Positions 63,727 through 64,000 of a stretch of 64,000 nucleotides of DNA are shown here, one piece after another. Origin of the DNA: an uncultured Acidobacteriota bacterium (GTDB lineage Bacteria; Acidobacteriota; Terriglobia; Terriglobales; Acidobacteriaceae); the NCBI GenBank assembly GCA_963735815.1, contig CAVTMJ010000011.1, forward strand, positions 89,406-153,405, in the 5' to 3' direction. The translations under genes and the position numbers were made by a program. The notes beneath the pieces are model-generated. The model saw only the letters and a list, made by a program, of their open reading frames with translations. It was not told the origin of the DNA and did not search any database. The first letter of the stretch is position 1. Every line of letters starts with the position of its first letter.

Positions 63727-64000
63727 TTAATTGGGCTTTCGCGTTTTCCCGTCGGCGAGATATTGCAGCATCAGGGCTTCCGCTGCCCCGCGAATGCGGT
63801 CATTGAGAGGAGTCGGGGCCGCCTGCTGCACCCCGTCATTGGATGGCTTCTGGCGGATGGTCTCGCGCAGCCGGTCGCCGAATTCAGATTCATTCGTAAT
63901 GACCTGCCCGTAGAACCACAAAAAATGTCGCATCTGGTCGAGCGCTGATTTCAGCACCTGCAACGACTCCAGTTCCGGACCAGTGCTCAGCGCCTCGAGG
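63727..64000 (-). CDS. hypothetical protein, 5' end outside the window
   Basis: The minus-strand frame stays open to the window edge (...LEALSTGPELESLQVLKSALDQMRHFLWFYGQV...). No recognisable motif. Confidence 0.3.
   Translation of the reverse strand, partial: LEALSTGPELESLQVLKSALDQMRHFLWFYGQVITNESEFGDRLRETIRQKPSNDGVQQAAPTPLNDRIRGAAEALMLQYLADGKTRKPN

Overview
This is a 64-kb GC-rich bacterial chromosomal segment. The gene content points to Acidobacteriota: CarboxypepD_reg-type TonB-dependent receptors, a CRTAC1/ASPIC protein, a BNR/sortilin-like glycosidase, exported TPR proteins and several short palindromic intergenic repeat families. That assignment is an inference from gene content, not verified.

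Layout:
(i) 1-15.6 kb, mostly housekeeping: a partial peroxiredoxin-like gene, a pilin-like ORF, the rpsP-KH-rimM-trmD-rplS operon, a tandem-PilZ protein, rnhB, a PIG-L deacetylase, an M61 peptidase, a LOG-family protein, tmk, an exported MBL hydrolase, holB, an Hfq-like Sm protein and a PilZ-TonB_C fusion.
(ii) 15.7-31.9 kb, a Wzx/Wzy-type exopolysaccharide locus: a LuxR-type regulator with a degenerate receiver, a Wza-like exporter, a Wzz/GumC co-polymerase, a degenerate BY-kinase-like protein, a priming sugar transferase, a Wzy-like polymerase, a Wzx flippase, three or four glycosyltransferase modules and rfbBACD.
(iii) 32-45.7 kb, mixed: a BNR/sortilin-like glycosidase, ilvA, an isolated two-gene cassette (unknown membrane protein plus DUF900-like alpha/beta hydrolase), a TonB-dependent receptor, an ArnT/PMT-like membrane glycosyltransferase and a PoxB-like TPP enzyme.
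(iv) 46.1-54.4 kb, a four-gene minus-strand operon: TonB-dependent receptor, TPR plus deiodinase-like thioredoxin-fold protein, TPR protein, CRTAC1/ASPIC protein.
(v) 54.6-60.8 kb, a carbohydrate module in which an enolase-superfamily dehydratase, an RraA-like protein, a Gfo/Idh/MocA oxidoreductase and a GH31 all carry export signals.
(vi) tRNA-Pro(CGG), nagA, a GlmS-type SIS-domain protein and a partial ORF.

I saw no rRNA, CRISPR array, transposase, integrase or prophage genes. Four protein genes are interrupted by single-base frame changes, and the tRNA has one extra nucleotide. This suggests assembly indels, or alternatively real pseudogenisation.

The best candidate for something undescribed is the insulated membrane-protein plus serine-hydrolase cassette at 37126-38739. 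Next are the apparently extracytoplasmic sugar-acid enzyme trio (54.6-58.4 kb) and the TBDR-TPR/deiodinase-like-TPR-CRTAC1 operon.
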